DNA from: Eledone cirrhosa
Taxonomy: Eukaryota
Direction: 5' to 3'
Assembly: GCA_964016885.1 (NCBI GenBank)
Contig: OZ024741.1
Span: 77,748,001 to 77,812,000, forward strand
Length of the DNA: 64,000 nucleotides
Within the stretch, counting starts at the first letter, position 1. Each line of letters opens with the position of its first letter. The notes below the pieces were generated by a model that worked only from the letters and a program-made list of their open reading frames with translations, was not told the DNA's origin and ran no database searches. Shown here one piece after another: positions 52,986 through 64,000 of this stretch. The position numbers were made by a program, and so were the translations under genes.

Positions 52986-53364
52986 TGTGGTGGGAAAAAG
53001 CTATCTCACTTACCGCTTTTCAAAGGCGCCGCTTTGATCTCCACTGCATGGTAGTTTGAAGACCATTTCGTGTACGTTCTTCTTCCTCGGTTGGCCGTCT
53101 CTATCCACGTATCAACAGTCTCATATCGTTTTGCTCTTTTCACTAGCGCTGCTATCGTCCTGCTCCTTACTCCTCGCCTGCCTGCTTCCGACTGCCTAGC
53201 ACCGGTAGATCCCAAACTGGCGTTTATGCCGTTGCTAGGTACTACCCTAGGTACTGCCCAAACTTGCGTTCACCCCGTTGCTAGACACTGCCCAAACTGG
53301 CGTTCGCCCCGTTGCTAGGCACCACTAGGCACCTGCAGCCACCGCACGCCACACCATACCCACA
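52986..53364 (-). repeat. 5' LTR (379 bp)
   Basis: Direct repeat of 48947-49279, carrying an extra copy of the internal CCCAAACTGGCGTTCGCCCCGTTGCTAG unit. Confidence 0.95.
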
Positions 53365-53929
53365 AGAGGTTCCCAGTTAAAGGAAGCTGCAGAAGAGGAA
53401 GACCAAGGAAAACCTGGGATGATGGGATGAGAACTGATCTCAAATTGTTGAACCTCACAGAAAAGATAAAGGAATGTAGATGGAGCGAAATTTTGATGGA
53501 GAAGACCCATTTTTTTGCAAAGATGGAAAGGCTACATTATCTAACACATCTTTCCTTTTTTATTTTATTTTTTATTACTATTTCTATCAGTTCAAATAAC
53601 TATATAGATGCTCTGTCGTTAGCTTCATACAACTCCAATTGCTTTGGTGTACCCCTGGCCAAAGCTAAAAAGCCTGTACATACCTGGCCAATATACCATT
53701 TTGATGATACAGGTTTCACTCCCACATTAAGGAGTTGTGTGATAGAGATGCAATAATAAGGGCATCCAGTAGTTAAAATGATATCAAAAATGTTTAGTGT
53801 TGGGGAAATAATCCCACCAATTCAATAGTATATAAAAAAAAATATGTTAATGGCTGTAGAACAAATTAGAAGGCTAAATTCTTTCTAGTATTTTTACTAA
53901 ATGATCAGTTTGTTCTAAACAACCACCAC

Positions 53930-54520
53930 CATTTGTCTACTCTTCCATGCTTGCATGAGTTAGATGGGTCATCCACATGATACAAGTCTGATCAGTTGGC
54001 TGCACTGTATCTTGCTTAAACAGAATTGTATTTTGGCTGGGGATTTTACAACTGGATGCCCTTCCTAACACCAACTACGTTTACAGTGTGGAACTGGGTG
54101 GTCCTTTTATGGAACAAGTCTGGCCAGAGCAGAGGGCTGCTCAGTACCTTGTGCATATTGGGACTCAGTGTAAGCTGGGTTTTTACAGCTGCTGGATGCC
54201 CTTCCTAACACCATGTTTACAGTGTGGAACTGGGTGGCACTGTCATAAGGAGAGTCTGGCCAGTTGGCTGTGCAGTACCCTGCTCACAGCAGAACTGTAT
54301 TTTAGGAGCTGCGTGGTCCATTACGAGTGTGGTTTGGCCAGTTGGCTGTGCTATGCCTTGCTCATAGTGGGGCTGTGTTTAGGCTGGGATTTTACAGCAA
54401 CTAGATGATCTTCCTACCGCCAACCACGTCTACTGTATGGAACTGGGTGGTGCCATTGTGAGACAAGTCTGACCAATTGGCCATGCCATACCTTGCTCAT
54501 AGTGATATTTTGGTTGGGTG
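53930..54520 (-). repeat. Tandem array of RTE-UTR-derived units
   Basis: Repeated GGATGCCCTTCCTAACACC...TTTACAGTGTGGAACTGGGTGG...GTCTGGCCAG units, 3-4 copies, behind a single degenerate tail. Confidence 0.7.
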
Positions 54521-54581
54521 TATATACGATATATATACCACGTAAGCATGTATATAACATACAATACATAATACACAATCT

Positions 54582-54877
54582 TCATCATCATCATCACCGT
54601 TTTACGTCCATTCTTCCACACTAGCATGGGTTAGACAGGTTGTCCTGTTGTGGGCAATGCCAGGTCGAGTGACATGTCTTTCTCATATGGGAACTGATTT
54701 GGGCTTGATTTCTACAGCTGGATGCCCTTCCTAACACCAACCTCATTTACAGTGAGTACTGGGTGCATTTTTACCATGGTGCCTACATGACCCCTTTGTA
54801 GTGGGAGGGGGATATTGTCTATATGCTTCAGCTTCGGTTTGTACCCGTGGGAAGTCGGGTCTTCTGTATTACTGTGT
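54582..54877 (-). mobile_element. RTE 3'-UTR copy
   Basis: Tail plus UTR matching 34380-34727. Confidence 0.85.
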
Positions 54878-54989
54878 AAATATACATTAACACACATTTG
54901 GAGATAATACACAATATATACATATATAACATAGTACATAAATACAATATATACATATACATCACACACATACACACACGTAATACACA

Positions 54990-55020
<31 letters not shown>

Positions 55021-56239
55021 GTTTGCTCATATATGTTATGTCTATATACAATATATACACATGCATTAAAATACATAAGTATAATATACTATGTCACAGG
55101 GTAACTGAGAAGTAGGGGGGGGGGTGCATGTCTGCCAAACAGCTAGGGGGCAGGTGGGAGGGATGCAGAGATGATAGAACCATGGGATGGGTTTTACTTC
55201 AAGAGACAGGGCACAATGTGGTCTTTTTATAAATTCTCAGCTTTCAACAATGTTATTCTGTAAACTTGAGACTAAGTTTGTTGAGTCATATGTGAAAATT
55301 TTACTTGTGTAGCACTACCATTAATTACACATGCACTCACACGCTCACACACACTATCTATTTCCCCTTTCTCTTTCTTTCTCTCTCCTTCTCTCCACAC
55401 ACACAGTTCTTATGTGTCAGATATTTTACTACATTATCATATACTTTTCAAACACTTATTCTCTTTCTATAGACTTTAAAGTGTGCTTTGCTTTATTGCT
55501 TCAGTGGATTTATTTAAAGAAAAACAATTTTTTTGCATTTTACTATTTCTTTATTTTTTCAATCAAGGTAGATTGTTGAAAATACTTGTGAGTAAGTAGA
55601 CTAAACAGTTGACCTTTTGCTGTAACCTTTCAATTGTTAATTAGCGACAAGTCAAAAGATTTCAGCGACTTGTAGCAATAGTAAAAGATACTTGCTCCAG
55701 ATGACACGCAGTGGGACTGAACCCAGGTAGATTGACAGATACTGTTTGGAAGCCTATCAGATGGGTTGTACCAGTAATTCAAAGGACCAACCTTGTCACA
55801 CATTCCCTGATTCCTCCTGAAAATTATGTTATGGGTATACATCTGTGGAATACTCAGCCACTTATATATTAATTTAATGAGTTAACCATTCTGTTGACTG
55901 AACAACTGAAACATCATTGAAAGTGATGAGGATTCATTTATCTTATCTGACCATCAAGTCAACTCTAATTAATCAAACATATTCCACTTGTGACCATCAT
56001 GTCTTTTAAAGGGTATGACAGTAAGATGGGAATATCCAAATAGGACAAAAGGTTGAACAATAAACTAAAGATCTTATGTGTAAGAAAGAGTACTAGTTTT
56101 CTGTTGTGAGATTGTAAGTCAGAAGGTAAAGAAATGTAGCTGTATATCTTAAAGCATTTTGTCCAGCACTTTACTGATTATCACAATAATGATCTAGAAG
56201 GACTCTTCAGTCACGTCAAGAACCCTTCAGTCACGTCAA

Positions 56240-56472
56240 GAATTTGGTAAATGAAAGCTTTGAGAGAGAAAGGAAGGGCAAGAGAAGAGAGGAAGAGGGG
56301 GATGGGAAGAGTGAGGAAAGGAACGAGAAGAAAGGAAAGGAGACAAGTGTGTGTGTGTGTGCGCACGCGCACACACACACACACTTGTCTCCTTTCCTCT
56401 CTCTTCCCATCCCCCTCTTCCTCTCTTCTCTTGCCCTTCCTTTCGCTCTCAAAGCTTTCATTTACCAAATTC
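56240..56472. repeat. Near-perfect palindrome (inverted duplication)
   Basis: Arms of about 105 bp centred on GCGC-AC-GCGC, with a 19-nt bulge in the left arm. Confidence 0.93.
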
Positions 56473-57145
56473 CACAAACAAGACACCCAAAGTGCTGTGC
56501 AGTGGAATTGAGCCCATGACACATTGTTGTGAAGGAAATTTATTAACCATGATTGATACTTATTATGTTGGCCACCAAAAGAGCAGTGAATTGGCAGAAT
56601 CATTAAGTGTTGTACAAAATGCTTTGCAAAATTTTGTTATATGGCCTTTTACATTGTGAATTCAAATCCCACCAAAGTCAACTTTGCTTTTCATCCTTCT
56701 GGGGTTGATATAATAGACTTTCCCTTCCTTACAAATTGATGACTTTGTGCCTAAATTACAAATCATTATGTTGACCTCCAAAAAAAGAAAGCTAAAGTGA
56801 ATTCTTTTGCAGTTTTCAACTCTTAGGACAAAAGTAAATACTGCAAGATATTTGATCTGGTGCTTAACATCATCATCAACAACAATAATGATTATTTCTA
56901 ACAGGCTCAAGGCCTGAAATTTAAGGGAGGAGTTAGTTGACTAAATGAACCCCAGTACTTGACTGCTACTTTATTTTATTGACTCCAGAAAGATGAAAAG
57001 CGAAGTTGAACTTGGTGAGATTTGAACTTAGGATGTAAAAAGCCTGAAGAAATACTTAAGACATTTTGTTGAATGTTCTGACGATTCTGCCAATCCACTG
57101 CAACACCAACAGCAATAATGTTGATGCATTATTTATTTATTACAA

Positions 57146-57330
57146 GGCGGTGGATTGGCAGTATCGGTAGAGGGTCGGACGCCATGCTTTCCAGCATAGT
57201 TACGTCCTTTTACGATCTGAGTTCAAATCCCGCCGAGGTTGACTTTGCCTTTCATCCTTACGGGGTCGATAAAATAAAGTACCAGTAATGCACTGGGTAA
57301 TTGCTGGCCTTGTGCCTAAAGTAGAAACAA
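57146..57330 (+). mobile_element. tRNA-headed SINE with Meta/MESC-like core, young copy
   Basis: A box TGGCAGTATCGG, B box GAGTTCAAATCC, core GACTTTGCCTTTCATCCTTACGGGGTCGATAAAATAAAGTACC; 18-bp flanking repeat ATTATTTATTTATTACAA. Confidence 0.85.
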
Positions 57331-58719
57331 TTATTTATTTATTACAAGTAGGCTGTTGCATTAATCCCTGTTTTACTTACCTTTGCAATAGAAACAGCTG
57401 TTAAGTGCTGGGTTAATCTTTGGCTTAATACAATGTAGTGTTTTGTGCTTGGTTAATTTATATACTGTTGAGGGGGCGCTGTTCATATGTCTTTAGAGTG
57501 TATTATTGTATGAGGGTGCTTATGTTTATTGTGTATTCACATGTCTCTAGGATGTGCTATTATGATGTGTGTATTTTTAGTGTCTGTATTGTCATTTTGC
57601 TGTGTGAGGTGTGAGCAGAATAAAGATTTAACAAATGGTGTGTGTGTGTGTGTGATAAGCATACAATACATGAGGAAAAGGAAAGCAACCATTATTTAAA
57701 CTAGTCTCATTCATTTTATTATCAAATAAGCCTTTGTGGGTTTTTTTTTAACTGAATTTAGTTCATTGTTTGTAAGTGAAAAGGTTTGACCCCTCGGGGT
57801 TATGGGATCTTGTATAATCTTATTGGATTGTGATATGTGACTGTTTTACAAAGAAAAAAAATTGCAGTCTTTTGGCACGCTTCATTTTCATTTATTTTTT
57901 TTATTCTCCTTAAATAGTTGACGTAATCTTGACTCCTGAAATAGTGATAAAATATTAAAAAGAATAAAACGAAACAAAAACGAATCGGATTTCATTATTT
58001 AATATATCCCCTTTAATCTAAAGTTTAGTTAAATCTTTATCTGAAAAGATGTTTCTCTCTCTCTTTCTTTTTTTTTTTACTCTCTTTAAATTGTTACTGT
58101 TGCACTCTTTGTGATGAGACATCCATCATTCAACAATGAGTCTTCAGTTCAGTTAATTGAGTGAATGACCCACTTGTTGAATTTACATGTAAGTCGCTGA
58201 GTAGTTCAGACGTATGCACCTTTAATGTAATTCACAAGCTGAATCAGCATAAGTGACAAAGCAGGATGTTTGAATTACAGTTACTAATCTATGTGATGAT
58301 CTTCCACATGGTTTTTGGTTATAAATTTCGTTCATAATGACTCAGTTGACCCAAATCTATAGTAAAAGATATTCAAGATGCAGCATGGAACCTCATGATT
58401 ACAAAGTAAACCTCTTAACCACGCAAACATGTCTGCATCCAGTACTCTTGTTGTAAACACACATTTCTCTCCTTTTAGCTTTGATAAGATTTACAGCGGA
58501 GCTATCATATAAGTAAACTGAAATAAAATATTTACAACAATGATCATTTGAATATGAAATTAAATTTTTGCCTTCACCACTGACAGACCTCTCATTAAAA
58601 CTAATTTTATCCATTCTTCACCAAAATAGCTTAATCATTGCTGATTTGGAGATAAAAAACATCAGTTAACTAGCTGTTCAACAACTGCATACCCGACTGG
58701 TTAGGGAACCTTCTTACTG

Positions 58720-59047
58720 ACTACCTGATCACTGTGTTACTATGTTATGTGGTCACTGTATCATAATGTAGTTACCTGGTCACCGTGTTACAATGTAGTT
58801 TCCTGGTTACTGTGTTACAATGTAGTTACCTGGTCACTATTACAATGTAGTTACCTGGTCACTGCAATTTAGTTACTTGGTCACTATCATAATGTAGTTA
58901 CCTGGTCACTGTGTTACAATGTAATTTCCTGGTCACTGTGGTACAATGTAGTTACCTGGTCACTGTGTTACAATGTAATTTCCTGGTCACCGTGTTACAT
59001 TGTAGTTTCCTGGTCACTGTGGTACAATGTAGTTACCTGGTCACTGT
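58720..59047. repeat. 27-bp minisatellite, about 12 copies
   Basis: Unit TGTAGTTACCTGGTCACTGTGTTACAA. Confidence 0.92.
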
Positions 59048-59786
59048 TTTTTGTTTTATAGCCTCAGCAATATAGTAGTCTGGCCATTCCAGATTTGGTT
59101 GTTAACTGACCATTTATTTAATATGTTCTTCCTTTTTTAAGATGCTACGGTGTGATTTGAGGCAAATTTGGCTGTGCTATTTTTAGGAGAGCTTACTCTG
59201 GTTGACTTTTAGAGGCTTCAAGGTGAATTGATTTGAACTCTATTCATAATTCATACCTTGAAAAGCCAATCAAAGTAAACTCCCCTACCACAATCTTTGC
59301 CATTAGATCCAGAGTGTTTCTTATTGCAGGTTTTAGCAATCCATGTGTGATACACATCAAGCTCAACACACACACACACATACACACACATGCGTATCCA
59401 CTTTTACATGGATGTTTTCCTCATTCATATTGGATTCCTATCTGTTATTTTTATGGTTGTAATTTATTACGTTTTTCTCTTTATTTTAAAAACCAATTGC
59501 CTTCTGTCAATGATGCTGTTGTGTAGTCCTATGTCAGCTCTAGTTGATGAAAGGCATTTCCGTCAGGGCCATCCTATTCTTTATTCAAACATGTTATTCA
59601 ATATGTGCTTCCTTTTTAAGGCTATAGGGTGTAATTTGCGAGAGATTTAGCTGCTATTTCTAGCAATTTGAGTAACCTCATAGATTTTAATTGCCATGTT
59701 GTTGTTGATGATGTTGTTATTTCTGCTATAGTTGCTGTTTTTGTTTGTCTTTCTACTGCTGCTAACTGTTCTCTCTTTATTTTCAG

Positions 59787-59916
59787 CTACAACGGTCACC
59801 TTGTAAATTATGAAAAAGGAAGAAAACGAAGCAAATTCATCCTAACCAAACGATCTGCAGCCAACGGAGTGAAGCCTTATAAGAAACATGTGGTCAAAAA
59901 CCCACAAAATTCCAAA
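59787..59916 (+). CDS. PELI: Pellino coding exon (start of FHA-containing region)
   Basis: TTTTCAG acceptor and AAA|GTAATT donor. 130 nt encoding (G)YNGHLVNYEKGRKRSKFILTKRSAANGVKPYKKHVVKNPQNSK, matching Pellino YNGxLxxGDRGRRKSRFxLxKRxxANGVKP. Confidence 0.93.
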
Positions 59917-60727
59917 GTAATTACTGATTTTGCTAACAAATTATATACTACCTTTTTCTAACAAGTTCTATTGTTACTCTCAAGCAATTACTCTTACCAC
60001 CTCTCTCTATCAAGTCCCCTTATCACCTTGGATTAAGAAGTTGCCTTATTTCTCTCTAGTAAGTTTTCTCTCTTCAGCAAGGTCTCTGCACCATTTCTCC
60101 AGCAAGCTCATTAGGGATACATCAAAATGTGTGATGTAATTTCATTTCTTAATTAGCATGGCATGTTTACTTTGTTTTAAACCCTCTGTTACATCACACA
60201 ATGCACAAATACATAATTTCTCTATTATCTCATGACACTGTAGGGCATTGCATCTCCTACACAAATTATCAATCACATGGTTCCACACTGTAAATGTGGT
60301 TGGTGCTAATAAGGGCATCCAGCTGTAAAAACCCCTGCCAAAAATACAGTTCCATCAGAGCAAGGTACAGTGTGACCAACTTACCAGCCTTGTCCTATGT
60401 CTAACCCTTGCAAACATGGAAAAATAGACATTGAATGGTGATGATGGTATGTTCTGAACAAGTTATCTTCACATCAGTTTTAATTCCTAGTTGGTGCCAT
60501 TAAAAAATCATTGTTTTTGATGAAAATGGATACCAGCTATGGATTAACTTTGCGATGAACTGGCACTCCCTCCAGTGGGAAGTCTTGTACTCTGTCACTT
60601 AACATCAATGAAACCAAGATAAGCACTGTCCTGTTGAGCTTCTGGGCTTAGGACTGACTTAAACTTATATCCTTTATGTGTGTATAGTGCTTCTCTACAT
60701 CATGATGTTTGTGATTATGGTTCAAAC

Positions 60728-60999
60728 CAAGGGTCTTCTTTCAGGAGGGTACCAGGGAACAAGTCCCCCCACTTTTTAAATGTCTATCTTTTATTTTTTG
60801 TTTATTTGATACAATAAATTCTTTTTAAGCTTATTTTTTTTATTTCTGAACTTCATTTGAATATATAAAATTTAATTAGCGTAAAATTTTACTTATGTGA
60901 TAGGGTCTGGGAAAAGCACCTTAAGCAATTTATGCTCCTTTAAGCATCAACAAATGTTGGTTTGTCACCCCTCACATTTTTAAGGCAAACGAAGCCTTG
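60728..60999. mobile_element. Possible hAT-type MITE
   Basis: Imperfect TIRs CAAGGGTCTTC / GAAGCCTTG; 8-bp flanking repeat GTTCAAAC / GTTCACAC. Confidence 0.45.
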
Positions 61000-61224
61000 G
61001 TTCACACTGCCGGCACATCATTGTAAGTTTTGAGTTCTAGCCCAATAGTAAGCATTTTGTTGTGTCAGTAAATTTAATTTGTCACAACTCAACTTACTCT
61101 ACCTTGTTATGAAGTCCTTTTTGAGGCATTGTTTTATTGGTGGATACATTTTCTGATACCAATTCTTTTAATTGCCTCTTACAACACATAAAGATATGGT
61201 ATACTTATTCTAAATCTGATAGAA

Positions 61225-61390
61225 CCAGTGATGAATGTTGTGAAGAGAAATGAATTGAGATGGTTGGGTCATGTATTGAGGAAGGATGAAAGTGATTGAC
61301 TGAAAGGAATGATGGAAATTAGTGTGGAGAGGAAGACTAAGAAAGACATAGATCAAGGAAAAGAAATAAAAGCCAGACGTGAGAATTATG
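61225..61390 (+). mobile_element. RTE 3' remnant
   Basis: KRNELRWLGHVLRKDE motif. Confidence 0.6.
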
Positions 61391-61830
61391 CTTGTAATAG
61401 ATCAGCATCCTATATTAAGTATCGATCTCACAACGTTGTAACATCATGAAACTAGAACTAAGGCCTTGCCTTTAAAATTCCCTTGGAGTTTAAAAGACAT
61501 TTATATATCAATATGATCTGAGTGGAACAGTTGTTGTAAATGCCAAGTCAACACTGACAGAGAAAACAGGATCAAAGTCATTCCAACCATGACAATTCCA
61601 TTATATTTTTTTTTAAAACAGTGTATTTAGGGTTATATTATCTAATGTGCTCTTATTTTATAAAGATGGAAGAATGTGATTTGAGGGATATTTTTGCTGC
61701 TATTTTTAGCAGGCTCTTATTTATAATAGACACTAGCATTAAGAAATTCTCTTCCTAGGTTTGAAATTTATAAATTCTTATTCCATTCCCCTGAAAAAGC
61801 ATTATTATTTTTATTCATTTTATTCATAAG

Positions 61831-62015
61831 GGCGGTGGATTGGCAGTATCAGTAGAGGGTCGGATGCCATGCTTTGATGCAAAGAGTTATGTTCCTTTAC
61901 GATCTGAGTTCAAATCCCGCCGAGGTTAACTTTGCCTTTCATCCTTACGGGGTCGATAAAATAAAGTACCAGTAATGTACTGGGTATTTTCAGGCCTTGT
62001 GCCAAAGTAGAAACA
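61831..62015 (+). mobile_element. Same SINE family, young copy
   Basis: Near-identical to 57146-57330; flanking repeat ATTATTTTTATTCATTTTAT. Confidence 0.85.
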
Positions 62016-62787
62016 ATTATTTTTATTCATTTTATCATTATCCATGTGGACACCTGCATAGCTGAGTGGTTAAAAAGTTCACTTTGCTATCATAAGGTCC
62101 TGTGTTTGATTTCACTGCAAGGTATCTTAGGCAAGTATCTTTTAGTATAGCTTCAAGCCATCCCAAGCCTTGTAAGTGAAATTGAGTAAAAGGAAACTCT
62201 TTAGAAGCCTGTTGGATTGAGTGTACTTGTAATTAAAATCCAGTTTTGTCACATATTGTATCATACTGATAGGTACTCGTGTCTGTGAAATACTCAGCTA
62301 TTTACATGTTAATTTAACGCATAGGACATTCAGTTGATCAAACCACTGAATGTCCTACTTTCAAAACCATCATTTGTTAAACAAAGTGGGTGCGTTGGGC
62401 AGAAATCTATCAATCAATTAGTCAGGTCAATTAAATCTTAACTATACTTTTTGCCCCTAACTTGTGTTCCATGAGAGAGCCTCTCCTTCGTTACACATTC
62501 TACCAGAAATAGTAACCAAAACCCCCTCAAATTACAAACCAGTATCTTGAAAATGGAAAGCAGACATTAGATAATGTAGTTTTATATTACACTATATGTG
62601 AGAAAATAGAATGGATGGTGATAGTTAGAACATCATTGATCAGTCCACTCTGTCAGGACTAAACAACAGTCACTAGTCATGAGCCAAGGATGATTTCTAC
62701 AACTGATGGTGCTATTCTACCCTTACAAATTTCTTAATTTGAAATGTGTAGTAGACCAGCTTCTTAAGACTTTCTTCTTACTTGCAG

Positions 62788-62889
62788 GCTGTCCAGGATT
62801 CGGCCTTACACTCCGTATCCTATACTATGTCGAGAAACCAGGCTGTGGTTGTCGAATATAAGTCCGATCCTGACACGGATATGTTTCAG
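62788..62889 (+). CDS. PELI: Pellino coding exon
   Basis: TTGCAG acceptor and CAG|GTAAAG donor. 102 nt, phase 0, encoding AVQDSALHSVSYTMSRNQAVVVEYKSDPDTDMFQ, matching Pellino HSISYTLSRxQxVVVEYxxDxxTDMFQ. Missed by the ORF track because it is under 60 aa. Confidence 0.95.
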
Positions 62890-63739
62890 GTAAAGTACAT
62901 CTGATATTGTTATCAATTATTATTATTTTACTGTTTTTGAATTCCACCAGTCTTTGCATGTTGTCATGACCTGGACAGATCAGTAAAACATTTCATCTTG
63001 TGTCTCCTATTCACTTCCCCACCCAGTTATCTCTTTAAAAAAAGGAAAAAGAAATAATCCAAAATTTGTATTCATAATGCAAATCCCTGATAATAAGCAA
63101 CTCATTTAAGCACATCAATAATAACCTGACAAGATTGTATTATTCCCTCAATATGATTTAATCCTATCTTTTATACAATATTATCTTAGACTGTATTAAC
63201 ATTACTTGACAACCAAGCAGGATGTGGTGTTCATAAAAATATTTTTATCTTGGTGTAGAGTGGTGGTGTTAAGAAATGTTGGAGCACTAAATTCTATGTT
63301 CTGGAGCATTTAATTTTGTTGCTCCATATTCTAATTTCAGATAGGTGTATTAATCGGCAGTCATTAGTTTTTTGTTTTGTTTAACATCCATTTTCCACAC
63401 TAGCATGGATGTTACTTATTTTGGCTCTCTGTGGTCTGAATTCAAATCTTGCCTCAGTCAACTTTGCCTTCCATCCCTTCAGGGTCAATAAAATAAATTG
63501 CCAGTGAATTGTAGTGAACTGACGGAAATGTTAGAGCATTGGTATGAGATGCCTTGTGGTATTTGTGTTTCACCTCTTTATAGTGAATTCAAGTCCTACT
63601 GATTCCTACTTTGTTGGTAGAATTAATCTATCCCTCCAGTTTAACACCACCACCCAGTTCTTGGGCAACTTTAACATCTTTCATATGTATCACATGTCCA
63701 CATCCCTGCCAGTTGAGTGCAAATTTTCAGGAAGGTGCA

Positions 63740-64000
63740 TATATTAATGACATGACATAGATGCCAACTTAAAGATTGCCATAGTGCTGAAATATGCAGA
63801 TGACATCAAGCTGTACCTTGAGATAAAAAGGACAGATCCTGAACACTATAGATCTTTCCTGCGATCAGACCTGGACACAATACAGCAATGGACCACGGAC
63901 TAGCAACTCAAGCTGACTGTAGACAAGGGTAACACCATGCATTTTGGGAGGTAAAACGCAGCGTCCACATACTCTCTCCACAACACTAATATCAAGAAGT
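63740..64000 (+). mobile_element. CR1-clade RT fragment running off the window
   Basis: VLKYADDIKLY...SDLDTIQQW..QLKL.VDK..TMHFG, with stops. Confidence 0.8.

Larger units (their letters stand above)
48947..53364 (-). mobile_element. Full-length LTR retrotransposon (gag-PR-RT-RNaseH-IN, Gypsy-like order), frameshifted
   Basis: TG...CA LTRs at 48947-49279 and 52986-53364; AGAGG target-site duplication at 48942-48946 and 53365-53369; purine-rich PPT-like tract next to the 3' LTR; gag and pol motifs on the minus strand. Confidence 0.95.
48690..53510 (+). mobile_element. Old RTE fragment split by the LTR element
   Basis: ...QERRPCWYIHLMHMDDD..RKCQR | [29 protein letters not shown] reads across the insertion site. 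Confidence 0.8.

Noticed and set aside
57146-57235. A/B-box sequences as tRNA genes
   Set aside because: No cloverleaf; they are SINE heads followed by the SINE core and tail.

Overview
AT-rich, microsatellite-laden eukaryotic (metazoan) DNA. The repeat repertoire (RTE LINEs with (GAT)n tails, CORE-like and Meta-like SINEs, abundant (TA)n/(CA)n) is most consistent with a coleoid cephalopod such as Octopus; this is an inference. The only recognisable host gene is Pellino (E3 ubiquitin ligase, + strand), with three in-phase coding exons at 43610-43777, 59787-59916 and 62788-62889; the gene continues past the window and its first exon(s) are uncertain. Most of the rest is transposon-derived: a dense RTE LINE cluster including two uninterrupted RT ORFs, CR1 and RTE/RTEX fragments, a DD37D (maT) mariner, several MITEs, a Helitron-like end, SINEs, three minisatellites and a full-length 4.4 kb LTR retrotransposon with a 5-bp TSD. 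Most notable: (1) the LTR element has no canonical TGG primer-binding site, but has 12 nt flush with the LTR that are complementary to the 5' end of tRNA-Phe, plus a U5-leader duplex and a DIRS-like RT/RNase H joined to a DDE integrase; (2) a PHD finger is embedded in the RTE reverse transcriptase; (3) some RTE 3' UTRs contain the RTE 5'-UTR motif; (4) a spacer-less palindrome of about 230 bp lies in a Pellino intron. Most short ORFs in the track are microsatellite or antisense artefacts.
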